This document shows positions 37,836-51,194 of a stretch of DNA of 64,000 nucleotides, piece after piece. The notes under the pieces were generated by a model. It did no database searches, was not told the DNA's origin, and worked only from the letters and a program-made list of their open reading frames with translations. Position 1 is the first letter of the stretch, and every line of letters starts with the position of its first letter. Source of the stretch: Vicugna vicugna (lineage: Eukaryota); contig MU058463.1 in assembly GCA_013265495.1 (NCBI GenBank), positions 4,300,244-4,364,243 on the forward strand, read 5' to 3'. The translations under genes and the position numbers were made by a program.

Positions 37836-38758
37836 AGGGGAGAAGGTGATTACCTTTGCTAAGACTTCCTTCACACCACTGTGAGGAGGGCACAGTAGTC
37901 GGTGCTTCTCTTTATCTTCGAGGCAACCTTGGGAGATGGGCATTGTTACGATCCTGAGGTTAAATAATTGCTTGAGGGCGTATAATTAGCACTCAGTGGA
38001 GCCTGGGGATTCAAACCACAGCCAGCTCCTCTCACCCCACAGCAGCTCTCAACTCCCTGGGCAGTGATAATGGAACTGGTGGTTAACCTGGGAAGTTTTC
38101 AATTTGGGGCCACCCTGGGAATTTGGTCTGAGACTTTTCTTCTTAGTTATCACGATGCTCATGAGTCTCATGTGTGTTCATTTGAAATTATCATCCTCTA
38201 CTGTGTTAAAATGAGTTTCAAAATTTCTGTTCTGCTTCATTATAATTTTCCACATCTATCTCTGTCCATCTCTCTGAGTTTAGTATCTCCAGAATCAGTT
38301 CCTAGCCTGGGGCAGTCCACATGAATTTCAGGAATTATCTAGGAAAAGAAAATTTTGATTTGAGAAGCACAATGATGAGCTATGATTATCATGGGTCTCT
38401 TTAATAGCTTTGTTACTCTTTGTACTAACATTGAAACTTCTAGAGGTCTTATTTCAGTTGTGGGAAAGCCTATGCTGGGACAGGATCATCCACCTCCTTA
38501 TCTTCATCAGAAATAACTGGTCTACAGCATGGAGTCTGCTTCTTTTCTGAGAAAGTTACACAGCAAGTTAAATAGGCATGACCACTGACATATTTCAAAT
38601 AAATAATAACCTTTAAATTCCACAAATAGTTTAAAGTACACTAAAGAAGGCATATACAAAACAAAGCAGTGAAATCTGAATTTAAAAATAATAGAACCAA
38701 GGGGTAAATGAGTAGATGTCAGGGTAGGAAGAAAACATGACATGCTCATATGCTAAGT

Positions 38759-39521
38759 CTGTCGGTTTGGAGCTGATTGGGAGAGAGAAACCACACAGTC
38801 ATCTGAACATGGACAGTTTAATATAAAGAATTATTGGCTGTAACAGGGAATTGAAGCACCAGGGGGCTGCCTGGGAAGAAGTAAAGAGAACTCTATAGAA
38901 TATGGGAATGCAGAGCTGTGGTGCCCACACTGTTCCAAGGGCCAAGGTAGTTGGGAGGGGGACTCCCTCAGGGCTGAGACCCAGACCTGGCTGGAGACGG
39001 TGCAGCTGTGGCTGATGGGATAGCAGAGAAGTCACTGTGATGCTGTGCTGTTAGAATTATCTAGAAATTCACTCTTAGGAACTTGCTGGCAATCTGCCCT
39101 CTAGGATGTTGGAGTAGGCTGTTCACAGGGAGGCGAACACACAGGGAGGTGTCTCACCGGGGAAACTCTGTTATAAATCTGCCCACAGGTGTGCTGAGGA
39201 AGCTGCTGGCTGCTCCGCCGTGTTGACCACTGTGCCTTGCAGGAGTCTGGCCCTGGAGAGCTGCATCTGCTGCAGGTGCTGGGTGCTGGGAAGCCGCTTG
39301 TGCTGTCAGAGGGCCCTAGAGAAGCTGTGCGCCCTGCAGGAGCCTGAAGAGCAAGCACCAGACCAGGAAACAAAATCCTTTCATCCTGAAATGTCTCTCC
39401 AGACCCCACTGCTGATAAAGGTTAACGTAGTGCCAGCTGACAAAGGAAACACACTTAAAGGGCCCACATCCCTTTTCATAGAGCAGACAAAAAGGATGCA
39501 TTTGGAGTTGAGAGGCAATAC
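38759..39521. mobile_element. ERVL-class solo LTR (LTR41/LTR52-like)
   Basis: tg...ca ends; 'gagagagaaaccacacagt', 'tttaatataaagaattatt', 'gtgccagctgacaaaggaaa' resemble old ERVL LTRs; subfamily uncertain. Confidence 0.55.
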
Positions 39522-40529
39522 AACTGGCCTACTGAGTCAGAAAATTCTAAATGACTTCAATTCTAGTTGTGTCTAATATAGATCCAAATATAATTGGCCT
39601 GAAATTGGTGTTGAGTTTCCTGGTGGCCAAGGTAAAATGAGAAACATGATCAGTTTTCATTGTTTATAAGACAAATAATTCTGATTCCTCAGGAAAGGCA
39701 AAAAATTGTATAGAACAAAATTTAGAGACATTTTCTTATGCGGTGCCTGCTTCGAGAAGGCACTGGAGGATGAGGGCACAACATTCTCATAGTAAGATCC
39801 ATCCACAGTGGGTTTTCTGTAACTTTATGGTTTTCCTCAATGAAAGCTGAAAGCAGAATATCTTTACTGAGATCTTACTATTTAGCAGACACTGATATTT
39901 AGAAGTTTACCATCCTATGTAGGAAACATTGAGGTAGGAAAAATAAAGTCAGCTGCATTGCTGATGAGAGAAGAAAATCAACCACCTAGCAGGAGATTGC
40001 CAACAGCACCCTCCTTGGATGAAAAGAGTGTAATAGAGTGAAAGTGAAGACAGCAGAAGGGGTTTTTTAACCCTTGTTATAAGTATTTGTGTGCGTATTT
40101 GATTTCTAGGATGTAGGTACCCATCCTACATTTAGTATTTTCTTGAAAACTGAGTTTTTTGGAGTTTATTCTTAGACACACCTCAGATAGTATGATTAGC
40201 ACACCACTAAGTTGAAGAGAGGAGGGCGAGTCTGGTTTCTTCACAGAAGCTTTTGAACGTATGAGACGTTTCTACCTGAATCTCTGTGCCACAAAGAGGC
40301 AGATGTTTTTTCTTTCACCTGCTTTATCTGACTTGACTCTTTAGGGAGGGTGAGGGGAAATACAGTGCATGCTCTCTAAAGTCCCCTCAAATAAAGTTAG
40401 AGATGGAGAAATATTGATAAAATTTTCTTCTGTTCTTCCTGTTAAAAGAAAATACTTCATGAAAATTTACTTTAAATTCCTTAGAATATAGTCTTCCTAT
40501 AGAGACATGATTAAGTTTGCAATATGAGA

Positions 40530-40745
40530 AAGGGTATCTTGGTCTAAAAGCACTGCCTCTGGAGCCAGCTTGCCTGGTGCAATCCTGGGTCTGTCCTTCA
40601 CACATTGTGTGCCGCCAGTTGAGTTGCACAGGCTCCCCATCTGTAACAGGAATAATGACATTTACTTGGTGGAGTTGCCATAAGGATTTGTGAGCTCTCA
40701 GAATGTACTTAACACATAATCAGCACTTGTCAGATAAATATTGGG
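40530..40745 (+). mobile_element. MIR SINE
   Basis: 'ctctggagccagcttgcctggtgcaatcctggg...ccccatctgtaacaggaataat'. Confidence 0.75.
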
Positions 40746-40959
40746 CCAGTGTTCCCTAAGTAATGAGAGATGTTCAGGTGTTATCTCTGTTTCTGCCAGC
40801 ATGCTTGCTGGGGGCGAACCAACTGCTGACTTCTTCTTCCCTGGATCCCCTAAGAAAGATGTCCTACTTAAGAAAATGCACAAGTGTCACCATGTGGAGT
40901 AGGGCCATGCTAAGAAGCAAGGGCATCCATAGTCCCTTTGACAGGTAAAAACTCTGTGT

Positions 40960-41760
40960 AGTAAAGTAAATTTGGTCACAGATCTTTATGGACTGCCTAT
41001 AATGAACGAAGCCTTATGTGACGTGTGATGGGCATTCCAAGAAATCTAACCAAGAGCTCCTCCATCAAGGGCTTTAGTGGCAACTGGGGAGATAAGACAT
41101 ATTTATGCATAAATAAATGAATAAATAAATAAGAGTTTAGGACAATGATGGAAGTGACGTCACATGGTACACGGCCTACTGGTAAATGGGTTATGAGATA
41201 ATAGTTACCACCAGAGTTTGAAGAAGAGAAAAGTCCTTCCTCTCAGGGCGTTATGGAAGGTGTTGGGTGTGGAATCAGACCTGTGCGTGGAAGGATGGAG
41301 GATTTGGGTAGGTTGAGTGACTGGTGGATGGTCGTGTGGAGATATGATGTGAATAACGAGGTGAAAGCCTGTGGTAGGTCTCAGGACAGGAGGCAGGAGC
41401 TCACGCTATGGCTGTGGCTGGGGAGAGGATTTTGGAAGGGAAATGGAGAAATGCTGGGAAGGCAGACCAAGGCCCTGCAGTGGAAGAGTTTGAATGATGG
41501 TCTAAGGACTTTGCTCTTTTTAAAATTGTGTTTTTCAACACCACTACACATAAATATAGACAAAGTCAAAAGAGCAGTAGGTGCTATATTAGGCGTGTCC
41601 ACTGGGAAGTGAGTCACAAAGGAGGGGATGTTAGATTGGAACTGGAGTGGGTGGGCTGGGATACACCAGAAGCAGGAGTGCCAGCCAGGATCCCACTTGT
41701 TGCAGGCGACTTAGGGAGGGGTTGGGTGTGAGTAGGGGCTGGAGGGGAGTCGAGGGAGAG
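40960..41760 (-). mobile_element. L2 fragment
   Basis: Purine-rich; 'actgggggagataagaca', 'ggtctaaggactttgctctt', 'ggattggaactgga'-like L2 motifs. Confidence 0.55.
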
Positions 41761-41799
41761 GTACTAAAGGAGGTACCCATATGAAAAAAAGTCGTCACT

Positions 41800-41990
41800 G
41801 AAAGAGCTGCTGCTTATGTGGCATTTATTATGCACCAGACACTGTTCTAAGCACTCTCCATGTAACACAACGCATCCACATGGCGGGAGGTGAATGAGGT
41901 ACAGAGAGTGATGGGGCAACTGGCTAAGGTCATGGTGCTAGTAAGTGTAGGGTCAGAATTTGGACTTGAGCTGGCTCCAGACTGCGCCCT
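41800..41990 (-). mobile_element. MIR SINE
   Basis: 'tatgcaccagacactgttctaagcact...tgaggtacagagag...ctaaggtcatggtgctagtaag'. Confidence 0.75.
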
Positions 41991-44139
41991 CCCCCTCCCC
42001 TTCTCCCCTGCGGCTCTAAGACCACGTGACAGGCCTGCTCACTATTTGCATGTGGATGTCAGAGAGAAGGAACTCTCCGAGTTCATCATCTTGGAAACTG
42101 GCACGCTCATATTTCCAGCTGACCTCTAGTGCAGAGACAGTGGTATCATTACTAATGCTTACTCTAATAAAAAAGACAACATTCAATATTTATTATAAGC
42201 CAAGGCCATTTATTTAAGCAGATGCAATGAATGACATGAGTGTTATTTATGTGTTGTGATGCCATATACAGAAAATGATGAGTATTTCTGAGTTTAACTG
42301 TCATGCATCTTTCAGTGCCCCCATCCCATACAGCTCATAACTCACACAACATTTTCTTTCTGAATTTCAATAAAATCTATTCACCATAGTGTGTCATCTT
42401 TACAATTAAACTCCACAATTAAAGCAGAATGAGGATATATGAGTCAAAGTACATTTTATTTCCTTTCCAGCTCTCATCAATATGAGGTATGGAATAAAAT
42501 AACAAAACTGGTAAGAGATGGTTGAAATATGAATCTGTCGGTTAATTTCTGTGTCCTGTTTCTAGACTAAGCCAGAAAGTGTTCATATTAAAGAAGATTT
42601 CATTTCCAAAATACGTACCTATTCTTAAAAGATCGCAAGCCATTCAAATACGATTGCTTATGGGTGTAAACTTATTTTAAAAGTAAAAGACTTCCAATTT
42701 ATAAATTTCCTTTGCTAGTCCTTCAAAGCCTTATTTATTCTCCCTGAAAGCAAACCATGAATGCAATGAAAAACAAATGTCCTAAATGCAAGATGGAATC
42801 AGGGCAATGGCTCCGTCTGGATTGTGTGATATGTTGACTCAGTGCATAATGTAAGCTATTTGTCTTCTTTATTTACAATCACTTAAGTCTAATTGCTTTG
42901 GAAGCTAAGGTAATTTTTGACTGAAGTAGAAAACCTGAGGGAACAGCTTTGGAGCATTAAAAAAGATATTTAAAAGATATTCCCAGCCTGGATCTCAGTG
43001 CCTTCTGGAGGAAGTCTCATCCTGGCATGACAGTGTCCCCATAATTTTAAATCTCTCTGATTTCTGTCCTTGTTTTACACTCAGGCCACAGCTATGGCCG
43101 TTGCTGTTTGTGAGTGAGGCTCTGTGCTATGGCACCGCCTCTGCTCCGTGGGCTTGACCATGGAGATGCAGAGCCTTCTTGGAGAAGACCCCGACATGCT
43201 GCTGGCTCACCAGGGGGACTGGCTCTCTGCTCCGGCTTCCCCTTTTTGAGTCATGCTCAGCATGTTATCAGGGAAACCAGTCCACCCACCAATGGATGTG
43301 AATGTTTTGTTGCTTTCTTTCCCCAGCCTGTCAGTTTGGCTCTGAGCTTGGTGACTCAGAGATGGTTGGTTCCCTGTTGTGGGAGCAGGTGATGCTCCTG
43401 TGTGCTAACAGTCGCTCTTCCTGGAGCAGTTGCCTCCTGCAGCCTCTGAGCCTCTCCTGCCCCTTAGTCAGTGTCCTGGGAGAGAGGAGATGCTCACCGT
43501 TATCTGGTACCGCCAGAGAAAACCAGTTCACAGAGACTGCTTCCTGTGTCCACCGAGTCCCCTACTGCAGCTTGTTGGAAGATCTCTGGAGAGACTTTCA
43601 GTGAAGCGCTCTGGATGCTTTCTCAGAACAGAGCCTCCCGGGCTTTTATCCATCATCAATTATGAGCACCAACATCACTGTTTCCATTTAGAGATCAAAC
43701 ATTTATTAAACACCCAATTCTAGGTGATTTTCTAGTTGATACTGAATCAAAAATTAAACAGTCTAGATTCCTTCTGTCTAGGATTATAACCTAAGGTAAA
43801 CACACTGGGAGAGCCCAAATTGAGAGTTATTACTGAAAAATGAAAGCAGCCTGCTAGCAGCCAGCTTGGGGAGCACACTTAAAAAGTGGATCCCTGACTG
43901 GCATCTTGGAAGAACTTTAAGATAGCTCAGAGAAAGGGAGGTGGTTTGCCTTTCTCTGGTTAGTATTCAGGGGCACAGTGAGAAAAAAGTTCACCTTCGC
44001 TGAGTCTTGAGGGTCCAAAAGAGTGTGGGGGCCTCAGGTTTCCACGTGCTCAGCTTCAAGGAGAGTAGGATTGAGTTGGTTAAGTGAGCTTTGACCAGCT
44101 GTACCTGTGATGGGGGGAGGGAGCAGCACCGTGGAAAGA

Positions 44140-44340
44140 ACTCAGATTCCAGGCTCCGGGACTGGTTTTGAACCACAGCCCGGTTACCTGCCAGCTGTAC
44201 GACCTGGGGCAAATCACGAAACCAGAAATTCTCAACCTCATTTCATTCATCAGTAAAACGGGAATAAGCATATGTACCTTGCCTGATGTATTTGAAGTCC
44301 GTGGCATGGACCTCAAAGAGTGATTACTGTTATCTTGGTA
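44140..44340 (+). mobile_element. MIR SINE
   Basis: 'cagctgtacgacctggggcaaatcac...aacctcatttcattcatcagtaaaacggg'. Confidence 0.7.
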
Positions 44341-47158
44341 CCTAAGAAGGGACAAGTAGCAACATCTGGAGGCCCAGCATGAAAATTCCCAGAGGCTTGG
44401 ACTTCACCATGAATATGTGTTTCGTAAAGCTGGCATGGCCCCCGGCTTACAATCTAGGTGTTGTTCTACACGTAGGTCTACAACCTAAAGAAGATGAAAC
44501 TGTGTTTTTTTATTTTTAGACTCTGAAAGCCCTGCTTTAAAATAAATGAATGGGGCAGTTTCTGCCCCAGGCAGGGAAATTCACCTCCTTTCACATTTGC
44601 CTTTGAGCAGAGCCTGTGGAGGTGGGAGGGCAGGGACCTTGCAGCTGCAGGCCCTCCACCCTCGGTCTCTGCATTTTATCTGTCAACGCGGAACCACAGC
44701 TTCCCTTTTCTAAGTTTCCACATGTTTCCAGGGTAGCTGCAGGCTGCTCAGCCTACAAGAAAGAGGCCCTGGGATGCAGGCAGCTCTTTCTCTGCACCTG
44801 GGGACTGAGCTGAGTTCTGTTGCTGCTCCCCTGACCCAGAGCTGGCAACATGGGATGAGGACGGGTCTTTGGGGTCGCCAACCAGGTGCCTCATGAGGAC
44901 TGTGGACAGAACAGGTGAAAGCTGCACAATTTCTGATTCAAAAAAACTCACTGCTGGACACTCTCAAACTTTCCACTCTAGGATCCTCTGCTTCCTGTCT
45001 CTCCCTGTACCTTACACAAGGAGATCTCAAGGAGGGGAGATGGAGAGTCATCTGAGACCTGAATTCTAGCCCTGGCTCTGCCTTTGTGTAATAGTGGATT
45101 CTCACCACCGCTCCAAGTTATTTTTTCCATCAGTAAATGATGAAGGTGGACAGAGGTTCCTCTCTGTTGAGATGCCTGGACCTTGAACCCTAAGGGCATT
45201 GAGAACCTCCTGCAAAATCCTCACGGTGGCCCCCATTCCTGGTGCACAGGAGCAGGGCTCTGCTTGTGTCTCTGCTCCCCTGACCACCCAGAGCCTGGCT
45301 GTTTGCCAGCCGCCTTCTGTGTGGAGCAGAGGGTGCTGAGCTCTGGCGCTCGGGCAGGAAGTGAAAGGAGTCAGAGCCAGTTGCAAACCCTGGGAGGGTG
45401 GGGAGGATGGGGCAGTGGAAAGTCTGCGCTCATTTCTATTTGCCTGATGGAAAGTGGGGCCCGGTTGCTGGGAGCCAGAAACCATCCCACAAACACGATT
45501 TACAGGGCAGGAGTCAGGGGGCTCCAGTCCCTGAAAATTCCACCGCTGGGCTTCAGGATTTTCGCATGAAACCTTTCAACACTTGAGTGCTTAGCTAAGG
45601 CTTGGCGCTGTTCCTTGGCCGACAGCCTTCCTGTCGGACTGGCCTGGCTGCCAAGAGTGGCTCATTGTGTTTTGGGGCAGTGAGGTTTGGTGAAACCTAT
45701 GATCTCACTCTCGCACTTTCCTCCTCACTGTCTGCCCTTCAACAACAAATGGAATGGCTGAGATGGGGGTGAAGAGGATGAAATGAAAGCTGGGTCAACA
45801 CGTGGGAGATGGAAGAATGGATTCAGAGATATTATGAGAAACATCTCATTAATGTGGCATCTTCACTATCTGGATAGTCTAGATGAAACCTCCGAATGGC
45901 TTGCTTTCTTGAATATAGATATGTCTAAAGACAGTGAGATTTTGTGACCCACGGTATTCTCTGCCTGACGCCCGGTGATATGTTCAATGGAGGTAAAGGT
46001 GCAAAGTAAAAAACTTCTAAAAATGGTTTCTTAGAAATGATTGCCACCGTAGCCCTTAGCATGTGAAGAGGCAGATGGAGCCGCATGTTCCCCAAGGCAG
46101 TAAGGATGTGTGTAGAGATTTCTTTCTTACTCCAGTGCATTTGTCACAGATGTAGGAGGGATCACGGAACTTGATGCCTTTGCTCATTACTGCTCAAGAC
46201 TAAATTCAGCCCAAATCGCTTTTGTTAGAGAAGTGAACTTAGATGGTTCCTTTAATGAGGCAGGAAGGGGGAAATTCCATTTTCTGCCTGAGCTCAAGGC
46301 AGCATGCCCGAGGGCTGAGGGGTCCAGGTGCTGAGGCGACGACCGACTGGGATTTGAGAGGAGCAGAGTCAGCAGATCTGGAAGCCTCAACCCTAACTTA
46401 GGAACAGATGCCATTAAAGCAGAACGGAATCTACTCTGAACAAGCTGCCACCATGGCTTGTGTCCCCACCATCATGGCTCTCTGCTTCTTCCGGTACCCT
46501 TCCCATGTGAGTGGTGCTGGCTAGTTGGGAGTCTGTGAGCTATAAATGATGGCGTTAGCATCCCGGCTCAAGCCTGGAGCAGAATCCTCCACTCTGGATT
46601 GGTCCCAGCAAAGGGGGAAGTGGGTGGTTGCCTTCATCTTCCCTCCCCTCCTTCTCTTTCCTCCCTCTTGTCAGTTCTCTCCTCCCAATCCCCACCCTCT
46701 CTCTCTCGGCATCTGCAGCTCTCTTGCCTTGCTGGTGGCACCTAATAGGCCAGCTTGAAGCAATGAGCTTCTGCCTGCCAACCCGGTGGAGTCTGCAGTT
46801 TGAGAGCCTCAGGGAGAGAGCAATGTTTGTTTCAGAAGGATGGACTTCTGACGGTGGCTTAGCAGGCGCTCCACTTGCTGGCTTCTGGGCCTGGGAGATA
46901 CTTCGGAACAAGGTTACCTCCAGATGTCTGTCCTTCCAATCAGACCAGCTAGGTCATTTGCTGTGCATTCTGGGGTAGGGGTGGCACTGACACCAATTAA
47001 TTTCTAATCCTGCCTTCAGAGTAGCAGCACCTGAGAATGGGGCTGCTGGCATTCAGCAGACTGCCCTGGGTACAATGTCTTCAGACGTTTCTGTAGTTTC
47101 ACTTGGCCTCGATTTTTAGCACAGGGTTTGGACACGGCACTAACTTTAGGGCATTGGG

Positions 47159-47579
47159 TGTCTTAGCTCGGCTTGCTATAATAAAATCCCACAGACTGGG
47201 TGGCTTAAACAATAGAGGTTTTTTACTTACAGTTCTGGAGGCTGGATGTCTAAGGTCAAGGTGCTGGTTGATTTGGTTCCTGGTAAGGGCTCAATGCTTG
47301 GCTTGCAGACAGCTGCCTTCTTGTTATGCTAGGTCCACACATGGCAGAGAGAGAAAGGGAGGGAGAGGAAGAAGGGGATGGACATGGGCAGAGAGATTCT
47401 CTCTTTGGTCTCTTTTTATAAGGATGCTGATCCTGTCGTGAGAATGGGCAGTGATCTCACCCCCAGGACCTCATCTAAACTTAATCATCTCTCTATTGTG
47501 CCACCTCCAAGACCATCACATTGAGGGTTAGAGCTTTAACATATGAATCTTAGGGGACACACATGTTCAGTCCATAACA
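47159..47579 (-). mobile_element. MaLR solo LTR (MLT1A/MST-like)
   Basis: tgtcttag...'cacagactgggtggcttaaacaa'...'cagttctggaggctgg'...'ttcagtccataaca'. Confidence 0.9.
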
Positions 47580-47730
47580 TCAGGTAAATTGCTTAACATC
47601 TCTGGACCCCAGTTTCTTTATCTGCGAACTGCCAACAATGATAGAACCTACTCACTGGGTGGTTTTAGCGACCAGATGAGATGGTTAGTGCAAATCGCCT
47701 GGAACTTGACAAAGATTCAGTCACTGGTAG
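47580..47730 (+). mobile_element. MIR fragment
   Basis: 'gcttaacatctctggaccccagtttctttatctg...acctactcactgggtggt'. Confidence 0.65.
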
Positions 47731-50723
47731 CTCTTCTCCTTCCCCCGTCCTACCATGTGTTTCAGTCATATGGCATGTCAACTCAAGTGTCCCAGAATCA
47801 TAAGAATTTAGAGCTGAAAGGAACCCTGGAAACGATCTCCTTTCTCTCTCACTTTTTCAGATTGGAGCTGAGGCTGAAAGTGTGAAAAAGAGAAAGGCGT
47901 CCCAGAGCTTTAGTGGCTGAGCAAGGTCAAGAACCAGGCGTCCTGAATCTCAGTCTGCTGTTACTTCAACAACCTCCTTGTGCCTCAGGTACCAAGTATT
48001 AGTTCACAATCTGCCATTTCAGACATCCTTTGGCAAGGAATTTGTGCGTACGAAGTCATTTTAATAAACAGAGTATTTATCTCTTTGAAGGAAGTTGAAT
48101 ACCTAAGGATTTGCAGGTGTGACCATCAAATGAGTAACACTTGCATCAAAACCAGGCCAATATATTCTTCTTTAAGGAAAAGTAATACTAGTTCTTATAA
48201 GCAGAGGTGACAACTTGAATAAAAATATCACATGGTCCTAGAGATCATATATTGGCAATATTAACCTTAGAAATAAAACATTTTCATGTACAATCAACAT
48301 GAGACTCAAGAACCTTGTTTGACTGATCAACTTGATGAAGAATGAGAAAGAATATGCCATCCAGGTTTCAGTGAGGGAGGGAAGGACAGGTGAGTGTGGG
48401 ACGCAGGGAATCAGGAGACAGAGAGACTGGTGTTGGCACTGTTCACTCAGGCTCCCTGGTGGGAAGGCAGAAGGCTCCCATCTCTCCCGACTTGGTGCAT
48501 CGAGTCCTAGAGACAGGTGTGTTCCTGTTGTGGGGATGAATGGACGGAAAGTCGTACAGTCTGAATCCTCCAACTAGGTCCGAGGCTAGGTTCACAATGC
48601 GAACTTCTTTCAGTCTGTGTTCCGTGTTGCATTCATGATTGGAGAGGCTAGGGCGGCCGGAGGAGACATGAGTGAAGATCCTAAATGCTACAAAGCTCTG
48701 TGTAAACACACACTCGGGCTTTTTAGTTTAACCCTCAACCTCCCATGAGCTTAAATCCTCAAGAGGTGAATTCACTCGTGTGTGCTAATAACATGAAACA
48801 GCAGAGCCTACAAAGGGGAGGACTTGGCTTTGCCCGAGGGAGAAAGCAGCTCTCCTGGTGACACCTCTAACCTTCTTTCAAACGTGAACATAATCAGGCC
48901 AATTATTTATGTACGTATGGTGTAACTGAACTACATTTCCTCCGGCTACGCCAAAGCTTAACTTCAAGGTACTTTTCAGCTCTTGCTCTGCCTCCTCCTC
49001 CCAATTCCTGTTTTTCATGTCAAAGGCTGCTTATGGGTCTACTCATGGTTGGAACAATTTGAGAAAGTGAAATGGGACTTATCACCTGCTAGTCTGACTT
49101 GTGTGTGATTATAGTCTTGTCTTGCATGAAACAAAAGGCTTTATTATCATAGTTTCTAAGACATGAGTCATTTCTGGGCGTGTTTCTAAGAAACAGTCAA
49201 TTCGATAATAAAAGTATTTGCCTCTGTGCAGTATATTTGTCTTTATGTAATATGTAATAAAAGGCTACTTGTCTTAATAATAGTATTTTACTTCATGGTC
49301 ATGGTTTCTGCAGGGAAAGAATGTGACATAGTATCTCTGACCAGATAAAGAGAAAGAATCCAAACCATGAGAGTACTGTTAGCACAGATGACAGACGATG
49401 GCTTTTGTGATGATAACAATGACAATAGCCGCATCCCTGTATGTTTGTGTATCACTTCACATCTGCTGTGGTGTTTGACCTTCAGGACAGCTTTGCTGGG
49501 AAGGCCACATCGTTTGCCTTTAGTTACGTAAGTGGGAACTGGAGATGGCTTAATTTTGAATAAAGGTTCTGGTTGTGGTGAGGAGTGACGCCACATATGC
49601 CGCAGAGGGGGTTTGGGAAGTCCAGGCTACTACTGAGTTGGAATCTAGCTTCTCTCACAGACCCACGTGCTATGTACCAACCACTGCCTCCCACCAATCC
49701 CCATGACCAGGGGTCAGCTGCCTTCCTGCATCATCTACCTGCCAGAGGAAATTAGCTCATTAAAGACTATTGCTGAGGGCCTGTTATGTGCAGATCGCCC
49801 TTCTTGATTCTAGAGAAAGATTTATAGACACGATTCTTGCTTTGGAGGTAACAGTGAATAACATTAACACTAAGGAGAGCTTCCTTTCACTGAAGTTGCT
49901 TGCTGCGGGTTAAAGCCTGGGCCAAGCCTTCTCAGTGCTCTCCAGAAGCTACAGATTTATTCTTGAGTTTCTTATTCTTTAGATCGGTATTTTTTTTTTT
50001 CCCAGTGACATTGGGTGACTTTATCCGAGCCCTGAGTGAGGTTCATTTTCCTATATAGATGGAACAAATCACTGGGCAAACTTGAAAAAGTTCTCTGCTA
50101 CCCCAAATCACTTTCTTTACAGGTCTGACATTCTCATCTTTAGGCAATGCACTGAGTTAAGCCCCCGGTACATTAGGATTATTCAGTGGAAAAGGTGCTG
50201 GAGTTGTAGCACTGGATCTACACTGAACAATGAAAACAGAGGTTCTTAACTTTTGTGTGTTTTATTTCTAAGGTTAATATTGCCAATATATGAGCCTGAC
50301 AGTGCACTGCAAGAGCTGTCTGAACAGCGCAGATAAGCATCGATCACAGTGCAGCTGCTGTCACAGCTCCATGATGCTTCGCGGTGTCCCGGAAAGCCTC
50401 CCGCCTTCTCACACTGGCCACTGGTTTGCTCCAGTGGTGTCCCTCTTGATGGAGCTATTACTTGCCTAGAATTCCTTCTCTCACTTGCTCACAAGACAAA
50501 ATTCTTGTGTGTTCAAGTGTCTTTATTTGGATCCAGAAAGGTTATGTTCTTCACTTCTTATTCACAGCAAATTGTCCTCTACTCTATAAAATTTAAATTC
50601 AAAGATGGCAGCACATACATGCAAGACCCACAATGATTGAGAACCAGTTCAAGAAAGGGTTGAATATACAAAGAACATGGAATAGCTAGGCAGTAGCAAA
50701 AGGCTACTTTGTATTATAGTGGG

Positions 50724-51194
50724 TGCTGTGGGCTGATTGTGTCCCCCCAAAAAGATATATTGAAGTCCTAACCCCGAGTACCTGTGAATGTGACCTTATT
50801 TGGGAATAGGGCCTTTGCCAGTGTAATCAGGTTCAGATGAGGTCATCTCAATTACGCCGGGGCCTGAATTCAATGACTGGTGTCCTCACAAGAGGAGGCA
50901 AATTTATACACAGGGACACGGAGACACACAAGGAGAGTGCCATGTGACAACGGAGGCACAGATTGGAGTGATGCATCCACAAGCCAAGAAAGGCCAAGGA
51001 CTGCCAGCAAGCACCAGAAGCCAGGAGAGAGGCATGGAATGAATTCTCCCTTGGAGCCTCCAGAAGGAACCAACCTTGCCAACACCTTGCTCTCAGACTT
51101 CCAGCCTCCAGGGCTGGGAAAGAAAAATATTCTGTAGTTTTAAGCTACTCAGTTTGTTACCCTTTGTTATGACAGTCCTGTAGGAAACTAACCC
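50724..51194 (+). mobile_element. MaLR solo LTR (MLT1B/C-like)
   Basis: 'gtccccccaaaaagatatattgaagtcctaaccccgagtacctgtgaatgtgaccttatttgggaataggg' ... 'ggaaactaac'. Confidence 0.92.

Noticed and set aside
43114..46978. Cluster of 90-128 aa ORFs
   Set aside because: They overlap on both strands in more GC-rich DNA, have no recognisable domains, and there is no CpG island.
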